Below are positions 51,305 through 64,000 of a stretch of DNA of 64,000 nt, piece after piece. Under the pieces are notes generated by a model. The model searched no databases. It saw nothing but the letters and a program-made list of their open reading frames with translations, and had not been told where the DNA came from. How positions within the stretch are numbered: the first letter of the stretch is position 1; every line of letters starts with the position of its first letter. The position numbers were made by a program, and so were the translations under genes. This stretch comes from Eledone cirrhosa (lineage: Eukaryota), in NCBI GenBank assembly GCA_964016885.1, contig OZ024740.1:43896001-43960000 (forward strand), in the 5' to 3' direction.

Positions 51305-52244
51305 ATATATATATGTATATATGTATATATATATATGTGTATATATAAATGTACATATATGTATATATGTATATATATGTATATACGTATTTATATGTAT
51401 ATATATATGCGTGTGTGTGTGTGGACAAGAGGTATAAGTCAACATTTCATAATTTACTTATTTAATTATCGTTATATATATTTCAGTGATAGCCACATTA
51501 GAATCAACACATAGAAAACAACATTTTTCTTTGAGAAAATAATATCAGAGAAAAATAAATTTTTTAACGATTATTTTTATTTAATGATATTGTCAATTGC
51601 TGATACTATTATGCCAACGTCATGGCAACATATCATCTCATTGCTTTCTTCTACGGTGTTAATATTGAGTATTCCCTTTGGTCAGTTTCATACAGTAACA
51701 ATTTTGATTCAATAACAACAATTGGAGGGAGAATTTTGTGTCAGAGTTTAGTGAGTATCATATATTTACATTCTCAAGGAGGGACTATCAATGTGGGTGT
51801 TCAGCAAGTCCCAGGATCCAGCCATGCCAACGCTTTCTTTATTAAAATATTGATGGTAGTACATATGTATAACTACCTAACAGAATTATTTCAGTTTGTG
51901 GAAATCTTGGCGTGGGTCCTACCACACGATAAATATATCTCTATGGCACACAAGGAAAAATTATGTAGGTGAAATCCTTTAAGGGCCTTATGTAGAATGG
52001 TTGTTGACCATATATTGTGGAAAGTACCCTTGCTTTGGTGTCGACAAGCACTAAAGATGTCAGTCCTACGATTAATTATCTGCCTTCCACCTCTGAGTAT
52101 TTCAAGGGTCTCACTCAGACATGGCCTACAAATCTCTCACATCCACGCCACCCCACCCTTCCATACATCTCTCATGAAGTCTTCAGCCCACACTATCAAG
52201 TTGTCGTGTAGGCGTGTCACGACAAAAATCACCCAGTACTCACT

Positions 52245-52405
52245 GTAATTGTGGTTAGCGTTAAGAAGGGCTTCCAGCTGTAGAAACCAAGCCAAAAGCA
52301 GTTCTGTATGAGCAAGACATGGTCACCTGACCTGGCATTTCTCACAACAGAACAACTCGTTTACCCCATGCTCGAGTGGAAAGAAATGACGTTAAACTGT
52401 GGTGG

Positions 52406-52452
<47 letters not shown>

Positions 52453-52509
52453 ATGATGATGAGGATGATGGTGCTGATGGTGGTGATGAGGATGATGGTG
52501 ATGATGATG

Positions 52510-52510
<1 letters not shown>
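52245..52510 (+). mobile_element. 3' part of a second SINE/LINE-tail family with (GAT)n tail
   Basis: gcgttaagaagggcttccagctgtagaaacc...ccccatgc...gacgttaaa then (gat)n. Confidence 0.5.
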
Positions 52511-52542
<32 letters not shown>

Positions 52543-52546
52543 CGCT

Positions 52547-52619
<73 letters not shown>

Positions 52620-53089
52620 GTCCTGCTACTTTTGTCATTCTATCTGCCAGAATATCCGGCAATTACAGACGAAATAGAATCAATTTATGTCTTTTCAATT
52701 AGTTCTTATTAAGTCAACTTCAATGGTGTACTGACATTTCTAAAAAAATATAATAAAGATCATTGTTTTCGTATGTCCTCACAAGAAATGAAACTATCGT
52801 CGACCACGCGTAATAATCTCTTGTGAAAGGCCGTCATTTGATGAGTTGATTATATTGACTGCTCAATTCCATTCTTCATTGACAGAAAATCCGATTTTAT
52901 AGAACAGATTTTTAGTAATGAAATGCAATGAAATGCAAGAGATGGCATAACATGGAGTTGACTGCGGTTGGTTTCAACAATGAATGTCCCAGTTGATCGA
53001 TCAAATGAGTATTGTTTCTCGTGAATCTAACGTAACCGGCCACGTAACGTGCAAATGTTGGATCATCATGCAATTGACATAGAAGCAGA

Positions 53090-53275
53090 AGCCGGTAAAA
53101 TCAACACCATCATTTCACTGGTACTTCATATTCTTGACCTCGGAGGTTTGAAAGGCAAAGTTTACCTCTGCGGTATTTGTACTCAGAACGTAGACAGTCG
53201 TAATTATATACTGCAAAGCAGTTTTTCAGATGATTTACCGATACTGCCAATTCACTGTCCTCGTAATAGTAAAAC

Positions 53276-53316
<41 letters not shown>

Positions 53317-53552
53317 TTTTTTTTTGATTCGGGCAAAAATGCAACAAATTTAGGGATGGAGAAAGTCGATTAAATCGACCCTAGTGCGTTACAGGTACTT
53401 TATTTTATCGACCCCGCACCCTGCAATAATTGTTTCTACCTTTGGCACAAGGCCAGCAATTACCCAGTGCATTACTGGTACTTTATTTTATCGACCCCGT
53501 TGGGATGAAAAGCATAATGTCCGACGCTGTTCCGATAATGCCAATCCACCAC
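53090..53552 (-). mobile_element. Cluster of SINE fragments
   Basis: Repeated ggtactttattttatcgacccc, gaaaggcaaagtt, ggcacaaggccagcaatt motifs. Confidence 0.75.
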
Positions 53553-53557
53553 CATCA

Positions 53558-53577
53558 AAGTAGTAATAATAGTAGTT

Positions 53578-53634
<57 letters not shown>

Positions 53635-53733
53635 GGTGGTGGTGGTAGTTGTTGTTGTTGTTCTTGTAGCGGCAGTAGTAGTAGTAGTAGTAGTAGTAGC
53701 AGCAGTAGTAGTAGTAGTAGTAGTAGTAGTATC

Positions 53734-53775
<42 letters not shown>

Positions 53776-53796
53776 TGTTCTTGTAGTAACAGCAGC

Positions 53797-53829
<33 letters not shown>

Positions 53830-53884
53830 GGTAGTAGTAGTTGTTGTTGTTGTTCTTGTAGCGGCAGTAGTAGTAGTAGAAGTC

Positions 53885-53917
<33 letters not shown>

Positions 53918-53943
53918 ATAGTAGTAGTAGTAGTAGCAATAGT

Positions 53944-53980
<37 letters not shown>

Positions 53981-54031
53981 TGTTGTTGTTGTTGTTGTTG
54001 TTCTTGTAGCAACAGCAGTAGTAGTAGTAGT
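53558..54031. repeat. Compound (AGT)n/(GGT)n/(GTT)n/(AGC)n microsatellite with higher-order repetition
   Basis: gttgttcttgtagc landmark recurs about four times. Confidence 0.93.
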
Positions 54032-54304
54032 CATGATTTAGTTGGAAAAGAAGGACCCAGTATATTGGGAAAAATACAAGAATAAAAACAACAGAGTAAT
54101 GTTTACAATAATACTTTCACTTATTAGTCACAATGGTTGGCGCAATACACCAAACGGTGGACATAGAGATTACATGTGGGGCTGGACTAAAGAAAGTTAT
54201 ATAAAAACATAACAACGTTAATTTCAAGGAATCTTATATTACCTTTCAACTTATTTCAAGATATTTTAACTAATTTATATTAATTGTTTTTTGTCTTTAT
54301 TCTT

Positions 54305-54659
54305 ATAATTGTTTCTACTTTTGGCACAAGGCCAGCAATTATCCCAGTGTATTACTGGTACTTTATTTTATCGACCCCATTAAGATGAACGGCAAAGTTA
54401 ACCTCGGCGGGATTTTAACTCAGATCATAAAGGGCCATAACTCTATGCTCCAAAGCATGGCGTCCGACCCTCTACCGATATTGCCAATCCACCTTTATTC
54501 TTATAATTGTTTCTACGTTTGGCACAAGGCCAGCAATTATCCCAGTGCATGGTATTTTATTTTATCGACCCCGTAAGGATGAAAGACAAAGTTACCATCG
54601 GTAGGATTAACCTCAAAGGATGGTGTCCGACCCTCTACCGATACTGCCAATCCACCGCC
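54305..54659 (-). mobile_element. Two tandem SINE copies
   Basis: ~54305-54492 and ~54502-54659, same family as 14343-14531. Confidence 0.87.
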
Positions 54660-55317
54660 ATTTATAATTTATTCTTATAATACCTGTATATACATTTTTA
54701 TCATATTCTACTAGATATGTATTTATGATACCACTAAGTAGATGTATTAGCAGAGTCAGAATGTTTTTTGCGGTATACGTTCCGGTTCAAATATTCCATT
54801 GATATCAAATATTGTCTTTCATCATTTCGAGGATGATAAATTGAATAGTAGTTCAATTCCTCCTCTATATCTCTCAATACCTCACTCTCAATACGTATAT
54901 CTTTTTTTTTTCATAGATATATCGTTCAATTCAAACCTGTAGATGGATGGGCTACGCAATGTTTAAATGACCTCGACATGCCGAATAGCACTACTGGTTT
55001 CCTGCGAATCCATTAGTTCTATAGGACCAATGCTTGTCTGTTAATTCCTGAAATATTTTAAATATTTGACCTTCTTATATAAACCATACACGTTGTTGGT
55101 CTATGTTTAAGTCCCCAGTCTTCTTGTAAAGTTAAGTCTTTTAGCAATGTTGAAAAAAAAAAAGAAACACTATGTTAGTAGTTCCATCATTATAAACATC
55201 ATTGTAAACGCACATTAGTATATTGGATCGTAGCATTTGTCCTTCAGTATCCACTCAACGTTTTTTCTTTCTATTAATTCAGTATAACATTCCCTTCCTT
55301 CTTTATAACTACTATTA

Positions 55318-55493
55318 GGTATCGGTAGAGGGTTGGACGCCATGCTTTCCAGCATAGTTACGTCCCTTTACGGTCTGAGTTCAAATCCCGTCGAGGTTAA
55401 CTTTGCCTTTCATCCTTACGGGGTAGATAAAATAAAGTACCAGTAATGTACTGGGTAATTGCTGGCCTTGTGCCAAAAGTAGAAATAACTATT
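55318..55493 (+). mobile_element. tRNA-derived SINE
   Basis: gtatcggtagagggttggacgccatg...ctgagttcaaatccc...ggccttgtgccaaaagtagaaa. Confidence 0.88.
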
Positions 55494-57951
55494 AGAATTA
55501 CCTTATTTCTTGTTTTCAATCTTTTTTTTTTTTTTAGTTCTACTTTCTTCTGATATATTTCTACATAATATTATTTTCTGACACGTAACAAATGTTTGTT
55601 TTCTTCAACCCAATTCTCGGAATTTTACATTTAACTTTTAGTTCTTGTTTATATTGTCAAACATGTTATTTTCAGGTTTTATGTTGTAGGTTTTTGTTGT
55701 ATTTTTCGGAATTTTAAGTCGCATTTTATGAATAACTGCTTTATTTTTCTTTATATAAGATCTTGCTGGTTGTTGACTTAAGTTCCAATTGAGAGGGTGT
55801 CGATCTTTCTGGGGTTTCTTTTTGTCTTTTCAATTATTCAGCTCTACTTTCGACTATTGATTTTTTTTCTACTTTAACATGTTTTTCTCATTTATGTACC
55901 TGGTTTTGAATAGGAGTATCACACTAGAAGTTATTTATTTATGTGTGATACATTTAGAACCTATCTTCAGCTAAGCTGGCTTCTCTTATTATTTATTCAT
56001 TCGGTTTTTAAGAAATATTTTTGTAACTGACTTCTTTTATTCTATGGAAGCGAGTTTCGTCGTATATATGTAACCGTATAAATTCCTGCTAGAAACAGCA
56101 GCCACATTTCTCTCACACAAATCCATCATGAAATAAATCGAAGGACAAAGGACATATTGGAATAAGTAACATATTGGTTTAGAATACAATGCCACGATAT
56201 TATGTCTATTCAATCAGGTAATTTGGCTTTATATATAATTCTATTATGCTTGAACCATTGATATTACTTGATTCAACTGTTCATTTTCTCATTTTCTTGA
56301 TATCATATTTTATGAAAATTACGTAGTTGGTTACAGGTTTGTTACAAGCTTGACTCTACGTTGACCTTTGTCTTATTGTCAACTTTGTATCGCAATATAG
56401 GCGGGTTGTCAGAGCAGGATTGTCAAAGTGCCATATAAAGTGAGAAGGGGTCAGAATGTTCTTACACGTTCTGGTGGCTTCAGAAAGCCACAGATACACG
56501 CGGTACTGTACACTGTTGCCGGAAAAGAATCAAAAGGTACGAAACTCCTGGTGCTGAGCAAAAAGACAAGTTTGTACATTTGTGGAATTGAGGGGCATTT
56601 GAAGGCGTTGCTGCCTCTGTAGTGTTTTATCGTCACTTCCTTCTCATCTTACACAGTCATCTGGAACAAGGGCTTTTTATTGAGAACAATACGGCAGTAG
56701 ATCCCATTTTCTAGAACACCTCAGATTATAGTTCTAGAAAGTAGTGACGAGGAACATTGACTCGGAAGCTTCATCGAGCAGTCATTCGACAAGACGAAGA
56801 TGATGGAGAGACTGAGAAAGAGCCCCAAATTCATTGTTGACAACAGCAACAAACAACAGCTAGCAGCATTGGCTCCGACTCTGAAACTAGACAGTGTGTG
56901 ACGTTCCTAGAAGAGGTTGAGAGGAAGACCATATACTCCACCAACGAATTGTAAAACTTCATCACTATGTAGCAATTGGGAAATTGGAAGCCGAAGAAGA
57001 CTGTGGTGCCATCTGGAAAAATAGAGAAGACTCCACAGAGAGAGAGCAGTGACCTGACTTCGATCTAAGGACGTGCAAAGCACAAGACAACGACATTGAC
57101 CCGATTTATAAACGACTGCTTAGTCACTTCGTAATTGGCAAAGTAAATACACTTTCTATAGCTTTAAGATATGCTTGGCTTTTATTTTATCAAAGCAAAT
57201 TAACCAAAAGAAAAGCCTTCTTCAATTATAGTGCACGAGCTGTTTACTGAAATAATGTATATCTACTAATTTGGCTAGGAGGACTAGAACATTCGAAATA
57301 TTAGTGTCCTTGATATTGATATAACAGACACCTCGGTGATTGGATGTAAACCATTGAATCAATCCATGGTACTCTAGGAAATCAACCTAGTGTGCTTCTT
57401 AGATTATTGTCACGTGATGATGATGATGATGATGTTCATGCTGATGCTGATGATGCTAATGATGAGGATGAGGATGACGATAATGATGATGATGATAATG
57501 GTGGTAGATACTTGGCTGGTATCGAAGATGAGCATTCAATTATTCGATCAAATGAACGTCCAGCTTGCGAATTAATGTGTATGTGGTTTGGTATTCTACA
57601 GACATGTGTACCTTTAATGTAATTCTGAAGCCCTAATCAACGTGACGCAATATGTGATAACACTGGACTGGCCGATCTGAGGCTATATTGGATGACATTT
57701 TCCCTTGATACTATGGAAGATGTCATGTAACAAATAGTGTACCATATATTAATTCATGACTAACATAACTGAAAAAGCCTATATCTCGCACCCCATCTGA
57801 AAATAATTGATACTGCATCTGATAGATGTAAGAGCATGACCGATGCTACTATTAGAACAACTTAGCAGTCATCGAGGGTGCAGCTCTTAGAAAAGTGCAT
57901 TACTGAAACTGAAATATTCAGTTTTTTACAAGTATATATAAATAAATTATA

Positions 57952-60900
57952 CTAGCTGACGTACCCAGCTTCGCCCGGGTAAACAGATGATAAAAGAACA
58001 CAGGTAAAAGAGAAAATGACTGTATTGGATGTTTGTTTGGTTACAGTATGAGGTCAGTCCGTGGTGTCTATGTGATACAAAAAACAGTAAAAGAAATTTT
58101 CCAGATATACCAGATTCTTCGTTGTAACATTTGTCCATAGTATATGAACAATTCTAGGTGCTCCCACCTAGAATAGTGACCTCTAGGAGATGGTTCATCT
58201 TCTGCCTGACTGTAAAACGTGTATCATTGCATAGACGTGGTTGTTCCACGTTTCTCAAAAGGATGATGGAAGTTCCAGTCTTTTATATTATGTGTAGATA
58301 TAGATATAGATAATTAATATAAAAGATGTCCGTCAATTTACTTGAAATGGTTTATACAAATGCCAAATTAATATGGATATGGATAACATGCTTATCTATA
58401 AGTGGTCAGCTATAATAATAACACAACAAATTATATGTCACAAACATTTATTCAGTAATTTCCAGGCTCTTAGCCACTGAGTAATAGACAGTCAATGTTG
58501 CCCAGAGTTCAACTCGGGGAGGTGGCCTGGTTTGAACTCCAAATGGTGGATCCTTCTACTTCGAAAATAGAATCGTTTTTCAATATTACTCTAGCCCTGG
58601 CCGGCCATAGGATCCAACCGTTTTGCCAGATTCAGCATATGATGAGGTTTTATTACCACCGCTATCAGAAGCGATAAATTTGAAGGCAATTTCTATCAAT
58701 ACTTGTTGGTTTTTATTGCTCATTATCGACAATAAATGAGATTGAACAGAAATGATAACTCTGTCAAAGCTCACAATACTGATCAAAGGACACCAATGTC
58801 TGAATCATTTACGTCGAATATTCATAGCAGTGAAGGCAATTTTTACCAATACTTTGTTTTTATTTCTCATAACGACATTGAATGACATTGAACATAAATG
58901 ATAATTCTGTCAAAGCTCACAATACTGATCAAAGGACACCATGTCCGAATCATTTACGTCGCTTATTGATAGCATTAAAGATATGCATACATCAGCTCAA
59001 AGCTTCATTGTAGACAATATTCAGGGTTGTTCCTCTGTTAGTGGTATCAATTGCAAATGTTATACCATCAGGATCGCACACTCGAGATGCGGCAACATAC
59101 AGTTGCACATGGCTGAATGCTGGATGATTCAAGTAGACACCGACTCGCTTGAAAGTCTGTCCCTGTGCCTTGTTGACAGTCATGGAGAAGGCCAAATTGA
59201 CGGGAAACTGTCTCCTTTGCCAAATGAATGGCAGCAGATATTCACTTGGTCTCAGCATGATCCTTGAAATGAGAACCGATTCCTCTCTGCCTGGGAGTTT
59301 AGTTTCTAAAACTCTTCCGTTAATCAATCTCCCAACAATCAATCTGGTACCATTGCAAAGACCCATTTTATGATTGATAATTTTAAGCAATATAATCGGC
59401 ATACCCTTTTTCAACCTCAAAATATGTGGGGGAAATCTGGGTATTTGAAGTGAATTCAGATACTCAGTCGGAACATCCATATTGTTCTGCTGATTAGGCT
59501 CCATTGCATCCGCACTGACGGTCAACCATTCCTCTCCAGGAAACATTCCGGCGACTTGTGAATTTATTTCATCGACAGTGGCATTTGTATGAGTTAGAAT
59601 AACGTGTTCCGATATCCAGGAGATATTCTGCCAAAAAGCATTCAAATTAGGGAACACCCAGTCAAGCAATAGTTAGCGGTCCAGTGGCATCACCAAATAG
59701 TCTGAGATTCTTACAGTCTGATTATCACCAACGTGTGGCAATTCATCGTTTCCCAACTGCATCAACCATCGGCCGTATGTCTCAGCCTCTTCGATTTGCC
59801 CGAACATACGAAGTCGCATATTATCGTGTAATCGCAAAACTCTGAAATGGCGCCACAACGGGGACTTTTTCACACATGCATCGACAATTTGCGCTCTTTG
59901 AGCATTCCTAACAATTGGTAGCACCTGTCTGAAATCGGCACCAAGAACAATAGTCTTACCACCGAATGGCAGGTCACTACCGCAGATATCTCTCAAAGTT
60001 CTGTCCAATGCCTCCAGCATCCCAAATAATCAGAGACGTATTGCGTATAAGGCCGCGAGTTCACTCAACTCATCCGGAGCCAATGGAGCCTTGAAGCATG
60101 AGTGGAAGGTCCTTCCACCACTCAGCAAAGTGGCAGCGACCCACTGGTGGCCACAGGGAGAGCAATCTTCCTCTGAGCTCTGACTGCCGATAACATAGTG
60201 TTGAAACAGAATGTATTTCCGGTGCCTCCTGGAGCATCTATGAAAGGAGAAAGTTGCTCATTAGTGGAAATCGAGTGGAGAACGCCATCCACCAATTTTC
60301 TCTGAGATTGGGTCAACATTGGCATACGTTCATCCACAATACGTTGCTGTTCCAGTGGATCAAACTGAAATAGTTCCCTCCGATCGAGTGGCAACCGTCT
60401 AAGCTGCAATCTCATGTTCAATGCTAAGACACGTTGCTGCATTTCTTCATCAGGAATTGGCAAATTGAATCTGTTAAACATTTGAAATGTACTTCAAGCA
60501 GTTGCTCAATATTGAGCAAAACAATAGCTTTCATCAAATTTTCATCATCGACCTGAAGATGATACCTAAAATCATCAGCCATAATACCCCAATGGCGTTC
60601 AAATAACTTTCTTGGATCGGCAGGATAGCAGAATCCTAGAATCGTGACAAACAACTGCCTTATTTGAGCTGGCATCTGTGTTGTTCCTGCAGCTTCCATG
60701 GCGTTATTCCATTCAGCGTCATCCTGAAGGAGTCCCAGACGCTGACACACAGCCTGGTATGTTTCATATTCCACGCCATTGATTGTTTTCAAATCAGCGA
60801 AGCACTGTTTACCTCTCGAAAAATCATTATGCAAAAGAATTCGGAGATAAAACACATCACCAGATGCTGGATGAACATTACAATAGTCATGAATCTCAAC

Positions 60901-62659
60901 TTTTGTTTTCTATCATTAGATTTCTTTCCCTTCTTATCCCACGTATAGTGCGAAGGTAAATCGCAGTAGAGTTGCCTTTGATCCGGGTTCAAAGCATGTT
61001 CCCTATTATGCTTCAACCGCTCAGTCAATTCCGTCTTAGGAGGTGGTACTTTAGCAATTCTTTCGACACCTCTTCTAGTGTCCTGAAAACAGACCATTTG
61101 CCTATTCTCTAAGTGAACCGTCAGTTTCTGAACGCTGGGTTTGCGTTCATTGAGAACAAAATCGAACAATCTCCAGCAAGCTTCGCTAGATCCAATCGAG
61201 CGAACATCCTGGAACCTGCCAACTTCATCTCCTTGGTCCGCTTCCTCATTCCTGACATTGATCATTGCCCGATCATGACCTTTGTAAACATATTTGAATA
61301 GATATTTGCAAGCTTTCGCTGAGCTACAAATTTCCACATTAATATGACAACGATATTTCATAATCAAATATGGATTGTATGGCACAACCCATTGATTGGT
61401 AACCTGTCGACCGTTTACATTTTCGACCAAACCGCCATCTGCAGGCAACCGTGTTCTGTAATATCAGTCCATTCAGGATTGCATGTAACCGTTATAAACA
61501 AATCTGGCTTTCCAAACCTTCTGACAATAGGCATTGCATCCTGATAGTGAATGTTCATATATCTCGGGCCGCCAATGAACGACGATGGCAAAATGATGCG
61601 TCGACCAATTTGCTTGTAATTGGCATCATCGGATGTTATAGCATCCTGTATGTTATTATACAATTCAGCTCTGATATGTTGCTGATGTGTAGCTATATAA
61701 TTTAGCCTTTGATTTTCGATCTTTGCGAATGCCATACAACAGTATTCCTGGAACAATCTTCTGGCTTGAAATAGCGCATTTCTCTGTTGATTGCTCTCGT
61801 TCAAACGGAACTCGTAAAAGTCGTGAATCGAATTATTCTGTCTATTGCCGTCTCCCTGTTGATGCTGATTCTCATGATCATCTAAATGAAGACATGTTCC
61901 ATTCATTTTCACCTTTTGGGAATAAAAGAACATAATGCAATGGATCGTATGCCCTATTTGACTCATTGATAGTCTTGAGACCACCATCTCTGCGATTGAG
62001 GACGATATCTCTCGATCCAGGCTTATCGTCCATCAACACAGCAACTTCACGAAATCTTTCGCCGTTCGTATTGATTCCTTGGCACTGCGTCAGCCTTAAT
62101 CACCAATGTTTGCTGCTGAACATTTTGCAGTTCAGCGACCAACATGAAATCCATAACATAAGGATTACACTGTCTAAGCCATGATTGCAGAACTCTGTGT
62201 ATATTAGACTGGCAGACAGGCATACAGACAGATAAACTGCGTGGTGATTGTGGAACGCCACACGCATGGAAACGCGCACACTAACGCAAACTTACACACG
62301 CACACACTCCTCACACATGTTGATAGTTTTTACTTTCTGTGGAACGCTGTACGCACGCACACACACACATAAACATACGCGCACTTACATACACACGCAC
62401 ACATGTTAATATTTATTGCTTTACTTCTCCTCTTATTTCCACACACATCACACACACACATGTCTCTACACTGACACATTTACTTAGTGTATCAAACACA
62501 GCGTTCACACACTCCCCTTTCACTCCCTCATTGGCATTATGCATATTAATTTCAGTTAGGCGTCGTTGAAGTGGGCGGAGTCGTTTGAAACCTTTGAACC
62601 AATAATAATTGAGAATTATGACACACGGTATAATGACATTGTTGAAATTAATATATAGA
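57952..62659 (-). mobile_element. Helitron with decayed RepHel coding region (unit 1 of concatemer)
   Basis: 5' TCTATATATTAAT at 62659; 3' hairpin cccgggcgaagctggg then CTAG|T at 57952. Confidence 0.92.
58992..62180 (-). pseudogene. Helitron Rep/PIF1 helicase, frameshifted and internally deleted
   Basis: ILPSSFIGGPRYM, KPDLFITVTCNPEW, VVPYNPYL..HINVE..KYLFKYVYKGHD, FYLRILL, DAPGGTG, FGGK..ADFRQVLP, RRQFPV.LAFSMTVNKAQGQT, QLYVAASRV. Confidence 0.95.
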
Positions 62660-63782
62660 CTAGCTGCCGTACCCAGCTTCGCCCGGTTAAACAGATGATA
62701 AGAGAAGACAGGTAAAACGCAAGATGACTGTATTGGATGTTTGTCTGGTTACAGTATGAGGCGAGTCCCTGGTGTCTGTGTGTTACATAAAACAGTAAAA
62801 AATATCTTCCAGATATACCAGATTCTTCGTTGTACCGTTTGTGCATAGTATATGAACAATTCTAGATACTCCCACCTAGAATAGTGACCTCTAGGAGATG
62901 GTTAATCTTCTGCCTGACTGTAAACCGTGTATCATTGCAGAGACATGGTTGTTCCACGTTTCTCAAAAGGAAGATGGAAGTTCCAATCTTTTATATTATA
63001 TGTAGATATAGATATAGATAATTAATATAAAAGATGATGCTCAGCCAGTTCGTCTTCAACTATCGCAGCACGCCGTCGCTGCTTGGCTCCAGTGTTTCGT
63101 TGGCGTTGTTCAGCCAGTTCCTCTTCTTTCATGACGGCATGTCTTCGCCTCTGAAGTTCGGCGTTCCGATGGCGCTGTTCGGCCCGTTTTCCTTCATTCC
63201 TGGCTGCACGCCGTCGCTGCTGTAGTTCACTGTTTGATAAAGTCGAATTGCTTTTATTATCAGTATTCATTTCGAGCAATTGTCAAAAAATGACACAACA
63301 ATAAATATAAAAGATGTCCGTCAATGTAAAAAAAGGTCCCTATTTACTCCCTTCAGAACTCTGTGTATGTTAGACTGACAGACAGGCACACAGACAGATA
63401 AACTGCGTGGTGATTGTGGGTCGCCCCACGTACACACACATACACGCATGGAAACGCGCACACGCATGCAAACTTACACACGCACCCGTGCACTGACACA
63501 AACGCACACACTCACTCATGTTGATAGTTTTTACTTTCTGTGGAACACTGCATGCACGCACACACACATAAACATACGCGCACGTACATAAACACGCACA
63601 CATGTTAATAGTTATTGAACACAGCGTTCAAACTCTCCCCTATCACTCCCTCATTGGCATTATGCGTATTAATTTAAGTTTGGCGTGGTTGAGGTGGGCG
63701 GAGTCGTTTGAAACCTATGAACCAATGATAATCGAGAATTATGACACACGGAATAATGACGTTGTTTAAATTAATATATAGA
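62660..63782 (-). mobile_element. Short Helitron deletion derivative (unit 2), keeps N-terminal R/E/Q repeat ORF 63022-63279
   Basis: Same 3' ~380 bp and 5' ~450 bp as unit 1; TC at 63782, CTAG at 62660. Confidence 0.88.
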
Positions 63783-64000
63783 CTAGCTGACGTACCCAGC
63801 TTCGCCCGGGTAAACAGATGATAAGAGAAGACAGGTAAAAGAGAAAATGACTGTATTGGATGTTTGTCTGGTTACAGTTTGAGGCGAGTCCGTGGTGTCT
63901 GTGTGACACAAAAAAACAGTAAAAGAAATCTTCCAGATATACCAGTTTCTTCGTTGTACCGTTTGTGCATAGTATATGAACAATTCTAGGTGCTGCCTGA
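63783..64000 (-). mobile_element. Helitron 3' end (unit 3, runs off window)
   Basis: ctagctgacgtacccagcttcgcccggg as at 57952. Confidence 0.88.

Noticed and set aside
56340-57326. Possible solo LTR (TGTTA...TAACA, TATA-like and AGTAAA motifs)
   Set aside because: No matching target-site duplication, no second copy or internal domain in the window.

Overview
AT-rich, microsatellite-dense metazoan DNA with no recognisable host gene. The SINEs and repeat landscape suggest an octopus-like cephalopod (inference). Almost all identifiable sequence is mobile DNA: a decayed CR1-group LINE (~9.2-13.9 kb), three Penelope-like (PLE, Naiad-like RT + GIY-YIG) relics with hammerhead-bearing pseudo-LTRs, an RTE LINE split by a nearly intact Tx1/L1-clade LINE (31.9-42.0 kb), several Helitrons including a head-to-tail concatemer with Rep/PIF1 remnants (57.95-64 kb), a CRE-type RLE fragment and many tRNA-derived SINEs. 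The standout is a 6.8-kb array of nine ~740-bp units (21469-28229) set in (TA)n. Each unit carries all three strands of a hammerhead ribozyme (GGCA-UA-UGGCCCU, GAAA-UGCC, AGGGUCA-CUGAUGA) in an order that is not type I, II or III. This is a candidate non-circularly permuted, pseudoknotted hammerhead in a large retrozyme-like array. The window also holds many hammerhead core variants (UUGAAAA, UUGACAA, CAGAAGA, CCGAAGA, CGGAAGA, CUGAAGA, CUGAGGA). All RNA structures were paired by eye; activity is untested.
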